A stretch of 64,000 bases of DNA from an uncultured Acinetobacter sp. Lineage in GTDB: Bacteria > Pseudomonadota > Gammaproteobacteria > Pseudomonadales > Moraxellaceae. Positions 46,140 to 55,663 of the stretch are shown one piece after another (the stretch's first letter is position 1; each line of letters begins with the position of its first letter). The notes under the pieces are model-generated. The model did no database searches and was not told the DNA's origin. It saw only the letters and a list, made by a program, of their open reading frames with translations. A program made the position numbers and the translations under genes. The stretch covers positions 2,200-66,199 of the forward strand of contig CAZKJI010000001.1 of the NCBI GenBank assembly GCA_964553005.1. The letters are read 5' to 3'.

Positions 46140-46429
46140 CACAACCTCTCTTGGTCAGTGCTGCGTATAGGCATGACCTGAAATAAAGCTCGGCAAAATA
46201 TATTCATTTTCGAAAATGAGCAATATTCTTCTGGTAATTTTTCAACCAAATAGTAAAATATTTTTTGTAAATAAAAAAGATTAAGCCACGCAACAAAATT
46301 ATATAGGTAATTGTTTTTAATTAATTTAAAGGTAAGCAATTATTCAGAAAAACTTATTTAAATTCAATGACAATTCATGTAAAAACAATCATTTATTTTA
46401 TAAAATTATATGTATTAGCAAGAAAGTGA

Positions 46430-46473
46430 AAAAAATAGAAAATAGACACCACATTATCCCAAAATGGTGTCTA
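46430..46473 (-). terminator. Terminator after the methyltransferase gene
   Basis: TAGACACCA...TGGTGTCTA inverted repeat followed by T-rich sequence on the minus strand. Confidence 0.65.
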
Positions 46474-46480
46474 CTTGAAT

Positions 46481-47773
46481 TTACCAAAGTGCAAGCTGAG
46501 TACTATTGCCTGTCGTATCAACACCACCTAACTCAGCAAAATGATATAACTGCCCTAAAAGTTGTCGTAATGGCGGGCCAGACTTCGCATGGGTATCCGT
46601 AATCACAATAAACTCAAGCACACGTGCACGTTCTGATTGACGCTGTTTACTCACTCGATAACGCGGTACATCTTGAGTTAGCAAAGTCACTTTGCCGCGC
46701 TTTAAATTAGCAGTCAGCAAATCTTTAGGCTCAATATTTCCATCAGTCGAATAACTAGTCAAAATATAGCGTGCATTAATTGTTTCCAATAACTTTTCAT
46801 ACGCTTCTTTCGCATACTTAGAAGAGTTATAAGGACTTGGGCGTTCTTTACGCCATGCTCGATCAATTCCACTCTTAAAGCCTTTGGTATCAGGTGATGG
46901 TAAATCCACTTGATCCCATAAAGTCAGAGCATTTAAAACATGGTAGTTACTGCTGTAGGCATGTTGATTATAAGGTGGATCAAGATAGGCAACATCGACT
47001 TCGAAACCACTCATTTGGTTGGCTAAATGTTGTGCATCGACACACCACATTTCAGCCGCAGGTCGTTTGGGATCACCAATCTCACAGAAACGGCTCGGTG
47101 TAAGCCATATTAATGACTCGATTCGTTCTAGCGCCGTTTGAGTTCGGCCACCCCAACCCTGATGAAAGCTCTTAAATACACCACTGGTATTACTAACAAA
47201 GCTTGCCGAATATAAAAGTGGTGCCAATAGAGCACTCATTTCCACATCATTGATTGCACCTTGTGCTTGCCAAGTTGCGATCTGTTGACGAATTGCATCA
47301 ATACGCATCCCATTGCGGCGTTTAAAGAACAATCGATCACGGGAAGGATCGTAAATATCATCATTGCGCGGGCATAAATTATGGGTCACCCAGCCTTTGA
47401 CTTCTGGCAATCGATTCAAATAGTCGATCGCTTTTTGATAGCCACCTAATTCTTTAAATGCGGGTGCATCAACACAGGCTAAAATCGCGTTGTTCAATGC
47501 ATGGCTATACGGTTCCCAGTCATTTGCAATGACACGATAGCCGTTTTGACGTGCTAAACGTGAGACCACGCCACTCCCTGCAAAGAAATCAGCAAAAATC
47601 GGTGGATTCTTTTTCTTACTATTCAGTGTGCCCGTAATCTCAAGTGCTTCCAAAATGAGATGAAGCAGTCGACGCTTATTGCCTAAATAAGGTACTAACT
47701 GATGAAAAAGATATTCGTCAGTCGTACGTGCTGCATGACGACGCTTGTGATAAACCGATGGTTCTGGATTCAT
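46481..47773 (-). CDS. aamA: Orphan DNA adenine methyltransferase (D12 class; AamA-like)
   Basis: PYLGNK, DFFAGSG motif I, YLDPPY motif IV; position after nrdR-ribD as in A. baumannii. Confidence 0.85.
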   Translation of the reverse strand: MNPEPSVYHKRRHAARTTDEYLFHQLVPYLGNKRRLLHLILEALEITGTLNSKKKNPPIFADFFAGSGVVSRLARQNGYRVIANDWEPYSHALNNAILACVDAPAFKELGGYQKAIDYLNRLPEVKGWVTHNLCPRNDDIYDPSRDRLFFKRRNGMRIDAIRQQIATWQAQGAINDVEMSALLAPLLYSASFVSNTSGVFKSFHQGWGGRTQTALERIESLIWLTPSRFCEIGDPKRPAAEMWCVDAQHLANQMSGFEVDVAYLDPPYNQHAYSSNYHVLNALTLWDQVDLPSPDTKGFKSGIDRAWRKERPSPYNSSKYAKEAYEKLLETINARYILTSYSTDGNIEPKDLLTANLKRGKVTLLTQDVPRYRVSKQRQSERARVLEFIVITDTHAKSGPPLRQLLGQLYHFAELGGVDTTGNSTQLALW

Positions 47774-48870
47774 ATCATCTCTTGGATAGGGAGCAATCTT
47801 AGGCGAATATCTTGCCCAAGTTGGGTTACATCGACTAAATCAAAACGCAATTGTTCTGCCATTGTACTCAATTCAGCATTGAACATTGCACGAGCAGATT
47901 GACCAAGTAAAGTCGGTGCAACATAACTGATCATTTCATCAACTAAACCCTGCTGTAAAAAAGCCGTTGATAAAGTTGCGCCTGCTTCAACTAACACATC
48001 ATAGATTTGATACTGCTGAGTTAAAGTTTGCAATAATTGACTTAAGGGTTGCGGCGCCAATTGTATCACGCCTAAATCAGCAAGTTCTTGACGAAATGGT
48101 GTCATCACCATCACTGTTTCAGGATTTTTCAAAATCTTCGCTGAAAGTGGTAACTGTCCTTGGCGATCCAATACAATACGCTTTGGCTGAACCACGGTAC
48201 TTAGCTCAATACCGTCCAATGCACGTACATTCAGCTCACAATCATCCGCTAAAACGGTTTGAATACCAGTAATCACAGCACCCGAAATTGCACGCCAATG
48301 TTGTACATCTTGTCTAGCGATTGCTCCAGTAATCCATTTTGATTCTCCTGAAGCCATTGCAGTACGTCCATCTAAACTTGATGCAATTTTCAAACGTACA
48401 TAAGGTAAACCTGTCGACATCGCTTTTAAGAAGCCAAAATTTAAAGTTTTGGCTTCTTCATCACAAATCCCAGTTTCCACTTCTATGCCTGCATCTTGCA
48501 AGATTCTGACACCTTTACCAGCCACCAGAGGATTTGGATCAGAACAAGCAACCACAACCTTTTTGACTTGAGCTTTTACTAAGGCTTCCGCGCAAGGTGG
48601 TGTCCGACCAAAATGGGCACACGGCTCTAAAGTCACATATGCCGTGGCATCTTTAGCATGTTCGCCCGCTTGGCGAAGTGCAAAAACTTCTGCGTGGGGT
48701 TGACCCGCTTTAGGGTGATAGCCCTCGCCAATCAACTGCCCATCTTTGACAATAACGCAACCCACGTTAGGATTTGGTTTAGTCGAATACTGACCACGTC
48801 GTGCTAAATCAATAGCCTGTTGCATCCAGTATTGATTCTCAGAAAGATGATCTTGGATTAAATCGGACAT
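47770..48870 (-). CDS. ribD: Bifunctional riboflavin deaminase/reductase
   Basis: PNPNVGCV, HAE, TLEPCAHFGRTPPC, SLDGRTA. Confidence 0.97.
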   Translation of the reverse strand: MSDLIQDHLSENQYWMQQAIDLARRGQYSTKPNPNVGCVIVKDGQLIGEGYHPKAGQPHAEVFALRQAGEHAKDATAYVTLEPCAHFGRTPPCAEALVKAQVKKVVVACSDPNPLVAGKGVRILQDAGIEVETGICDEEAKTLNFGFLKAMSTGLPYVRLKIASSLDGRTAMASGESKWITGAIARQDVQHWRAISGAVITGIQTVLADDCELNVRALDGIELSTVVQPKRIVLDRQGQLPLSAKILKNPETVMVMTPFRQELADLGVIQLAPQPLSQLLQTLTQQYQIYDVLVEAGATLSTAFLQQGLVDEMISYVAPTLLGQSARAMFNAELSTMAEQLRFDLVDVTQLGQDIRLRLLPIQEMI

Positions 48871-48882
48871 GATTTCCCTAAC

Positions 48883-49347
48883 TTAAGCTTCGTTTTCACG
48901 TTGTTGCATTTGCTCGATTTGACGACGAAATGCCTCTACATCTTGGAAATCTTGGTATACAGAAGCGAAACGAACATACGCCACATGATCCAATCCAAAC
49001 AAAGCCTGCATGACAATTTCACCAATGGTTCTAGATTTGACATCACGTTCACCTAGACGGCGAATTTGGGATTGAATGTCGCTCAGCACTGTCTCAATTT
49101 GCTCTTGGGTCACAGGTCGCTTCTGCAAAGCGTGCATCAGAGAGCGGCGCAATTTTGCTTCATCAAAAGGCTCACTTTTCGCATCTGATTTAATAACCCT
49201 CGGCATTACCATTTCATAACTTTCGAAAGTTGTAAAACGCTCACCACACACCACGCATTCACGACGGCGACGAATCTGACTACCCTCGGCAGCCAAACGG
49301 GAATCGATAACTTTACTATCAGCGGCGTTACAAAATGGACAATGCAT
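48883..49347 (-). CDS. nrdR: Transcriptional repressor NrdR
   Basis: MHCPFC, IRRRREC zinc ribbon, ATP cone, [10 protein letters not shown]. Confidence 0.97.
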   Translation of the reverse strand: MHCPFCNAADSKVIDSRLAAEGSQIRRRRECVVCGERFTTFESYEMVMPRVIKSDAKSEPFDEAKLRRSLMHALQKRPVTQEQIETVLSDIQSQIRRLGERDVKSRTIGEIVMQALFGLDHVAYVRFASVYQDFQDVEAFRRQIEQMQQRENEA

Positions 49348-49467
49348 AGTTGTGCAATTAGTTATTCACATCAACTAAGTGTATCAAAGTTTCAGCTATT
49401 GCTAAACAGAGAGCCACAATAGCCCATCAGTACAACCAAAAGTATATAAATGCTTCTTCATTGACAT

Positions 49468-49497
49468 AAAAAAACAGCCCTTACGGGCTGCTTTTTT
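49468..49497 (-). terminator. Terminator of amtB
   Basis: CAGCCC-ttac-GGGCTG flanked by A and T runs. Confidence 0.8.
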
Positions 49498-49517
49498 ATC
49501 GATATTCGAAAGATCAA

Positions 49518-50933
49518 TTATTCGATACGTTCGCCATGTTGGCTAAGGTCAAGACCCATACGTTCATCATCAGCGCTTACACGAATACCAATCACAAGAT
49601 CAATCACTTTAAGAATAATGAAAGTCACAACACCACTATATACGATTGTTGCTAATACACCTTCAATTTGAACCCAAAGTTGGCCAGCGAATGTCGGAGC
49701 AAGTACAACACCAGCAGCTTTAATGATTTCATCACTGTAGAAGATACCTGTCAGTACTGCACCTACGATACCACCAACAGCGTGTAAACCGAATGCATCC
49801 AAAGCATCATCAGCTTTAAGTAAGCGTTTCAGTGCTGTAATACCCCAGAAACATACTACGCCACCGATCAGACCCATCACCAACGCACCACCGACACCAA
49901 CGAAACCAGCAGCAGGTGTAATCACAACCAAACCAGCAACCGCACCAGAAGCACCACCAAGAACTGAGGCTTTACCACGAACGACACGCTCAACCACCAA
50001 CCAAGAGAATGCGGCTGCGGCTGCGGCAACTTGAGTGACCAGGATTGCCATACTTGCACGAGCGCCAGCGCCTAATGCGCTACCACCGTTAAAGCCGAAC
50101 CAGCCCACCCAGATCAGGCTTGCACCCACAACAGTTAAAGTCAGGTTATGTGGCGCCATTGACTCACGGCCCAAGCCTGTACGTTTACCCAGCATATAAG
50201 CAGCAACCAGACCAGCAACACCTGAGTTGATGTGAACTACTGTGCCACCAGCAAAGTCCAGTGCGCCTGCCTTGAATAACCAGCCATCCGCTGCCCACAC
50301 CCAGTGTGTGATTGGTGCGTAAACCAGGATCACCCAAACTGCGATGAATGCCATGAATGCTGAATATTTCATACGGTCTGCAATTGAGCCGCTAATAATC
50401 GCAACAGTAATAATGGCAAAGGTCATTTGGAAAATAACAAACAGGCTTTCAGGAATAGTTCCACTCAAGGCATCGAATGCAACACCATTCAGCAAGGCTT
50501 TCGACAAGTCGCCAAAGTATGCGCCAGTACCAGAGAACGCAAGTGAGTAACCTGCAATCACCCAGATCAAGCTGACCAAAATTGCCGCAGAAAGGCTGAA
50601 CATCATGGTACTGAGTACGTTTTTCTTACGTACCATACCACCGTAGAACAAAGCCAGACCTGGAATGGTCATTAACAGAACCAACGCTGTTGAAACCAGA
50701 ATCCAAGCCGTGTCACCTGTATCCACTGTCGGTGCAGCTTCAGCGGCAGGAGTTGCCTCTTCAGTTGCAGGCACCTCAGTCACCACAGTTTCTGGCGTTG
50801 CAGCAGCGGTATCAGTTGCCGCCATAGTTTGTTCAGCAGCGACTGGTGTAGATGCAGCATCTTCTGCCCAAACCACGGCAGAGCCACCCAAGAGTGCGCC
50901 AGATAGACTGAGCGCCATAAGCATTTTTTTCAT
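49518..50933 (-). CDS. amtB: Ammonium transporter
   Basis: Signal peptide, FQMTFA, DFAGGTVVH, GWFGFN, GLDLSQHGE. Confidence 0.97.
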   Translation of the reverse strand: MKKMLMALSLSGALLGGSAVVWAEDAASTPVAAEQTMAATDTAAATPETVVTEVPATEEATPAAEAAPTVDTGDTAWILVSTALVLLMTIPGLALFYGGMVRKKNVLSTMMFSLSAAILVSLIWVIAGYSLAFSGTGAYFGDLSKALLNGVAFDALSGTIPESLFVIFQMTFAIITVAIISGSIADRMKYSAFMAFIAVWVILVYAPITHWVWAADGWLFKAGALDFAGGTVVHINSGVAGLVAAYMLGKRTGLGRESMAPHNLTLTVVGASLIWVGWFGFNGGSALGAGARASMAILVTQVAAAAAAFSWLVVERVVRGKASVLGGASGAVAGLVVITPAAGFVGVGGALVMGLIGGVVCFWGITALKRLLKADDALDAFGLHAVGGIVGAVLTGIFYSDEIIKAAGVVLAPTFAGQLWVQIEGVLATIVYSGVVTFIILKVIDLVIGIRVSADDERMGLDLSQHGERIE

Positions 50934-50983
50934 TCGTGTCCCCCAACCTTATTTTGTGAGCTATCTGTCTTAATTTCTAACTC

Positions 50984-50999
50984 AGCAAACTTTGTGCCA
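50984..50999 (-). promoter_or_regulatory. Sigma54 (-24/-12) promoter directly upstream of amtB
   Basis: TGGCACAAAGTTTGCT, full match to TGGCAC-N5-TTGCW. Confidence 0.75.
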
Positions 51000-51001
51000 A
51001 T

Positions 51002-51451
<450 letters not shown>

Positions 51452-51616
51452 CTATTTAGCCTTGAAGATGTAGATGCGCAATCGAAAATAAGTTTCAGTT
51501 GCGACTATTTAGCTAGATTTATCAGTCACTCATCTAGCCACGGCGCACAAGGCTATGGGAATATGGCGAGCGGTGATACACTGGGCAACAAATACCCATA
51601 ACCTATTGAGGACTTT

Positions 51617-51844
51617 ATGATTGAGACACTTTTACAGGCCATTTTGCAGCAAGTTGACCAGCCTAAAAAAGATTTGGAAAAGAATTTACGCGCCCTTCTG
51701 AATGAAAGTATCGAAAAACTGGATCTGGTTTCAAAACAGGAACTGGACCGCCAGCGAATAGCACTGAATTTGGCCAACCAGCGCCTGAGTGAGCTACAGC
51801 AACAAATGAAATTACTTGAAGAAATGGTGCAGAACAAAAAATAA
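51617..51844 (+). CDS. ubiK: Ubiquinone biosynthesis accessory factor UbiK (YqiC/BMFP family)
   Basis: KLDLVSKQELDRQ motif, coiled coil; glnK-ubiK-comM synteny. Confidence 0.85.
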   Translation: MIETLLQAILQQVDQPKKDLEKNLRALLNESIEKLDLVSKQELDRQRIALNLANQRLSELQQQMKLLEEMVQNKK

Positions 51845-51860
51845 GCACCAACTCAGTGCA
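51844..51860. promoter_or_regulatory. NtrC-like binding site
   Basis: AGCACCAACTCAGTGCA, 13/17 to TGCACCAWWWTGGTGCA. Confidence 0.55.
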
Positions 51861-51911
51861 ATCAACACTAAAGAATGACTAAAAATAAAGCATCATGATG
51901 GAACAATAAAA

Positions 51912-53399
51912 ATGTCTTTTGCCAAAATTTATACGAGGGGCTTATTGGGGCTACATGCTCCCCAGATCGAAGTGGAAGTCCATATCAGCTCAGGCCTGCC
52001 CTCCCTGACCATTGTGGGGTTGCCTGAAGCCGCAGTTCGTGAAAGCAAGGACCGCGTGCGCTCTGCTATTATCAACAGTGGTTTTCTGTTTCCAACCAAG
52101 CGTTTAACCATTAATCTGGCACCCGCAGACCTGCCTAAGGATGGTTCCCGTCTGGACTTGCCAATTGCACTGGGGATTCTGATCGCCTCTGGACAGTTAC
52201 CTGAAAATTGTACCGATGGTTTTGAATTTATTGGAGAACTGGCACTGGATGGGCACTTACGCCCTGTTTCAGGAACATTGACCATTGCCATGGCTTGCCA
52301 ACAGGCACGACATCGCTTGTTACTGCCAGTTGGCAATCTGGATGAGGCCAGCCAACTGCCTGAATTTGAAATGTATGCAGCCAGTCATTTACAGCAGGTA
52401 TGTGCACATTTTTTGGGCAGTTCGCCACTAAAAGCTGCACCACAAAAATCAATGGAGGCATCCTCACGTTATCCATTTGACCTTGCCGATGTCAAAGGCC
52501 AGCTACGTCCTCGCCGTGCGCTGGAAATTGCCGCTGCTGGTGGACACTCGCTGTTATTTAAGGGGCCGCCAGGGACAGGCAAAACCCTGCTCGCCTCGCG
52601 CTTACCCTCTATTTTACCGCCATTAAATGCACAGGAAAATTTAGAGGTTGCCAGCATCTACTCTGTTGCAAATGCTCAGCATACTTTCGGACAAAGGCCG
52701 TTCCGCGCACCGCACCATACCGCTTCGGCAATTGCATTGGTAGGTGGTGGCTCGCAACCCAAACCAGGTGAAATTACTCTAGCCCATTTAGGCGTATTAT
52801 TTTTAGACGAATTACCTGAATTTGACCGAAAAGTGCTTGAGGTTTTACGCCAGCCACTTGAATCCAAAGAAATTGTCATTTCTCGCGCCGCAAGGCAAAT
52901 GACCTTTCCAGCAAATTTCCAGTTTATTGCCGCGATGAATCCCTGTCCCTGTGGCTATGCCTTTAATCAGGACAGTCGCTGCCAATGTTCACCAGAAAGT
53001 ATCCAGCGCTATCAAAACCGTATTTCAGGTCCATTGCTGGATCGTATTGACCTGCATATTGATGTGCCGCCTTTGCAGGCACAGGAATTACAGGAACGGA
53101 CACCGAGTGAAAACTCTGAAACGGTGCGTCTACGAGTCATCAAAGCGTATCAGCAACAAATTCAGCGACAGCAATGTTTAAATCAGGCACTTTCACCCAC
53201 TTTGCTGGAACAATATGCCTGTCTGGATGACAGCTCAAGTAAAATTATTGAAATAGCACAACAAAGATTAAATCTTTCTGCCCGTGCTTATCATCGGGTA
53301 CTTCGCGTTGCAAGAACGATTGCTGACTTAGCTGAGAGTGACATAATATCTAGCTCACATTTAACAGAAGCCTTGTCTTATCGAGGTAGCAATAGCTAA
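51912..53399 (+). CDS. comM: YifB/ComM Mg-chelatase-like AAA+ helicase (intact)
   Basis: IVGLPEAAVRES, NLAPADLPK, GPPGTGKT, PFRAPHH, NPCPCG. Confidence 0.93.
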   Translation: MSFAKIYTRGLLGLHAPQIEVEVHISSGLPSLTIVGLPEAAVRESKDRVRSAIINSGFLFPTKRLTINLAPADLPKDGSRLDLPIALGILIASGQLPENCTDGFEFIGELALDGHLRPVSGTLTIAMACQQARHRLLLPVGNLDEASQLPEFEMYAASHLQQVCAHFLGSSPLKAAPQKSMEASSRYPFDLADVKGQLRPRRALEIAAAGGHSLLFKGPPGTGKTLLASRLPSILPPLNAQENLEVASIYSVANAQHTFGQRPFRAPHHTASAIALVGGGSQPKPGEITLAHLGVLFLDELPEFDRKVLEVLRQPLESKEIVISRAARQMTFPANFQFIAAMNPCPCGYAFNQDSRCQCSPESIQRYQNRISGPLLDRIDLHIDVPPLQAQELQERTPSENSETVRLRVIKAYQQQIQRQQCLNQALSPTLLEQYACLDDSSSKIIEIAQQRLNLSARAYHRVLRVARTIADLAESDIISSSHLTEALSYRGSNS

Positions 53400-53424
53400 A
53401 AAGCGACCTAATGGTCGCTTTTTT
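53398..53424. terminator. Bidirectional terminator
   Basis: AAAAAGCGACC-taat-GGTCGCTTTTT. Confidence 0.88.
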
Positions 53425-53434
53425 CTCAAATCAG

Positions 53435-54223
53435 TTAGAACGCATAACCTAAAGCTAAAACAACTTTGTTTTTCTGTTTAGTTTCATCACGTGTATAACC
53501 GCCAAAAATGTAATCTAGACTCCACGTTGCGCCAGTTTCACCCAAAGGATGCGATAAACCTAGTGTAGCGTGTCGAAATGCAAAATCTGTTTTAGTGACA
53601 TCACCTGGTTTTGCTTGATAAGCCAAGTACTCATCATCATCACCATAATAATAAGCCGCAACTTGTGCTTTACCTGTAAATCCGCCAGCTAATTTAGGTG
53701 CATAAGTTGCCAAGAAATAGGTGTCACCTTTATTACCAAAAGTCACATTATTTAATAATGTCTGAGCAGTAATATTAAAGTCTTTGTAGCTCAGCCCGAC
53801 AATTGTTTCATAACCCGTTGATTCCCAGCCTGGATAGTAATAATAAACAGTCCCACCAATTTGATAGCCCAAATCTTCTGTGATTTTTCCTTTGTATCCT
53901 GCATACAAATCATTTTCAAATGACTTCTTCTCTTCCTTCACATCTGTAGGTGAGGTATTAAAATCTGCATAAGCAGCTGTCAATGTTGAAAACCAATAAC
54001 CCAAATAAAAACCACTATCATGTGCATAATCAAGTCCACCTTGCACCGCAGGTGTATCACTTTCAGGTGAGTTGGTCATACCACGCAAGTTATAACTAGA
54101 CACAACATTGATATTGCCTGTGATCGTACCTGGAAATGGAAGTTTTTTTTCATCTGCCATAGTGAGTGTCGAAGCGAATGTAGCGACCCCTAAAGCAATT
54201 GCTTGAACTACAAACTTCATCAT
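53435..54223 (-). CDS. TorF family (TIGR02001-type) putative outer-membrane porin, copy 1
   Basis: Signal peptide, SSYNLRG, PAVQGGLDYAHDSGFYLGYW, ENDLYAGY, YYYYPG, C-terminal Phe. Confidence 0.85.
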   Translation of the reverse strand: MMKFVVQAIALGVATFASTLTMADEKKLPFPGTITGNINVVSSYNLRGMTNSPESDTPAVQGGLDYAHDSGFYLGYWFSTLTAAYADFNTSPTDVKEEKKSFENDLYAGYKGKITEDLGYQIGGTVYYYYPGWESTGYETIVGLSYKDFNITAQTLLNNVTFGNKGDTYFLATYAPKLAGGFTGKAQVAAYYYGDDDEYLAYQAKPGDVTKTDFAFRHATLGLSHPLGETGATWSLDYIFGGYTRDETKQKNKVVLALGYAF

Positions 54224-54287
54224 ATTGATTGCCCCTTTTTATTTACATTTGAATGATTTAGGTTTTAAAGTGAATCAATAGATATTT

Positions 54288-54303
54288 TGCAAATGCCATG
54301 CCA
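54288..54303 (-). promoter_or_regulatory. Sigma54 promoter of TorF copy 1
   Basis: TGGCATGGCATTTGCA. Confidence 0.75.
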
Positions 54304-54519
54304 TTATTAATAACAATATAAAATTTAATAAATTATTATAAAACAATTATTTAGATACAAATCAGCATGGTTATTTTTTAGAATGATTAAGTTGCAAAAT
54401 TAATGATCGAATACCTAACCAAACTGGAGCAAAAAGCGTTCATTCTGGCGCAATGATGTGCGTAATGCTTAACTCAATTTCAAACAATCAAATTGATTAA
54501 AAATAAAATGACTAAAGAT

Positions 54520-54545
54520 AAAAAAGCCAGCAAATTGCTGGCTTT
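54520..54545 (-). terminator. Terminator of TorF copy 2
   Basis: AAAGCCAGCA-aat-TGCTGGCTTT with a T run on the minus strand. Confidence 0.85.
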
Positions 54546-54568
54546 CAAAGCATCAATCAATTACATGA

Positions 54569-55339
54569 TTAGAATGTTTTGTTTAATGTAAATACTGCGC
54601 CTGTTTCAACACCACGTTTATATGGTTGCGCATTTGCATCAATGTTTGTTCCTACAGCAGCTAGTTCAGCTGATAAACCAGGTACTGATTTCACACTGTA
54701 AGTTACACCAACTTTCCAATCGACATAGTTATCGTCTTCACTACCATTGTCGCTAAAGTCGTAATCATCAGCTTTAGTATAACCAACGCTAGCTACACCA
54801 CCAAAACCAGTGTCAGCAAAAGGAACAGTATAAGTTGCGTTTAAGTACCACGCATCTTCTTCTAAACCAAAGAAGTCGTTGGTGTAGTTAACAGCAGCTA
54901 AAAGACTGTCACCAGAAGCAATAACACTGCTGAATCCTAATTTAGCGTATAACTCAAGCCAGTTAAAATCTGAAGCACTTGGATAACCGTAATACCATAA
55001 ACCAACATCTAATTTTGGCTTACCAGCAAATGGTAATTCAGTTGCATAACCTACATATGGGTCTAACTCCAAATGTGGATCAGCAGAACCAAAATTTACA
55101 TTTGAACCCCATACCCCTGCATACAAACCAGAAGAATGAGATAAAGCAAAACCACCTTGTAATGCTGGATCACTTTGAGTTTGTGTCATACCACGATAAC
55201 GGTAGTCTGTAGTTAAAGCAGCATTACCAGAAAAGCTAAGGCCATACTGAGATAAAGTATTTGTTTCTTCGGCCATAGCAAAAGTCGAAGTCACAGCAAA
55301 AATACTCAACGCGATCGCTTTACATGCAAATTTCATCAT
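54569..55339 (-). CDS. TorF family (TIGR02001-type) putative outer-membrane porin, copy 2
   Basis: Signal peptide, TDYRYRG, PALQGG...SGLYAGVWGSNV, ELDPYVGY, YVDWKVG, C-terminal Phe. Confidence 0.88.
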   Translation of the reverse strand: MMKFACKAIALSIFAVTSTFAMAEETNTLSQYGLSFSGNAALTTDYRYRGMTQTQSDPALQGGFALSHSSGLYAGVWGSNVNFGSADPHLELDPYVGYATELPFAGKPKLDVGLWYYGYPSASDFNWLELYAKLGFSSVIASGDSLLAAVNYTNDFFGLEEDAWYLNATYTVPFADTGFGGVASVGYTKADDYDFSDNGSEDDNYVDWKVGVTYSVKSVPGLSAELAAVGTNIDANAQPYKRGVETGAVFTLNKTF

Positions 55340-55402
55340 ATTGATCTCCCCCATGATGGATATTCGACTGATTTATGTTTTAAGTTGCATCATTTTGTAA
55401 TT

Positions 55403-55418
55403 AGCAATTGCTGTGCCA
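55403..55418 (-). promoter_or_regulatory. Sigma54 promoter of TorF copy 2
   Basis: TGGCACAGCAATTGCT. Confidence 0.8.
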
Positions 55419-55551
55419 ACTTTTAGAAATGCTTGCTAAATCTAGCTTCTGTTCAATAAGAGTGCTATCGACGCCATTTGGCTGTGCTGAAATATTATTT
55501 TTTCTTTAATAAGGTTCATTTTTCTGAACTATTAAGAAGCACTGCCATTGT

Positions 55552-55663
55552 TGCGCCTAAAAAATGCACAAAAATAATGCAATTCAATTTAATAAAAAGT
55601 GCTGTTCTCCTTAAATAACAATCAAATATGTTGATATAGCGTGAATCGCCCCCTAAAAGTGCA
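55552..55663. promoter_or_regulatory. Cluster of NtrC-like enhancer boxes upstream of TorF copy 2
   Basis: 17-mers TGCGCCTAAAAAATGCA (55552), TGCACAAAAATAATGCA (55565), CGCCCCCTAAAAGTGCA (55647). Confidence 0.5.

Noticed and set aside
46357-46368. TTTAAATTCAAT as a target of the neighbouring methyltransferase
   Set aside because: Only 11/12 to the palindromic AamA motif as I recall it (TTTRAATTYAAA), and near-matches are expected by chance in AT-rich DNA
46481-47773. Restriction-modification or phage defence system
   Set aside because: No endonuclease, specificity subunit or other defence gene is adjacent; the gene sits in a housekeeping operon
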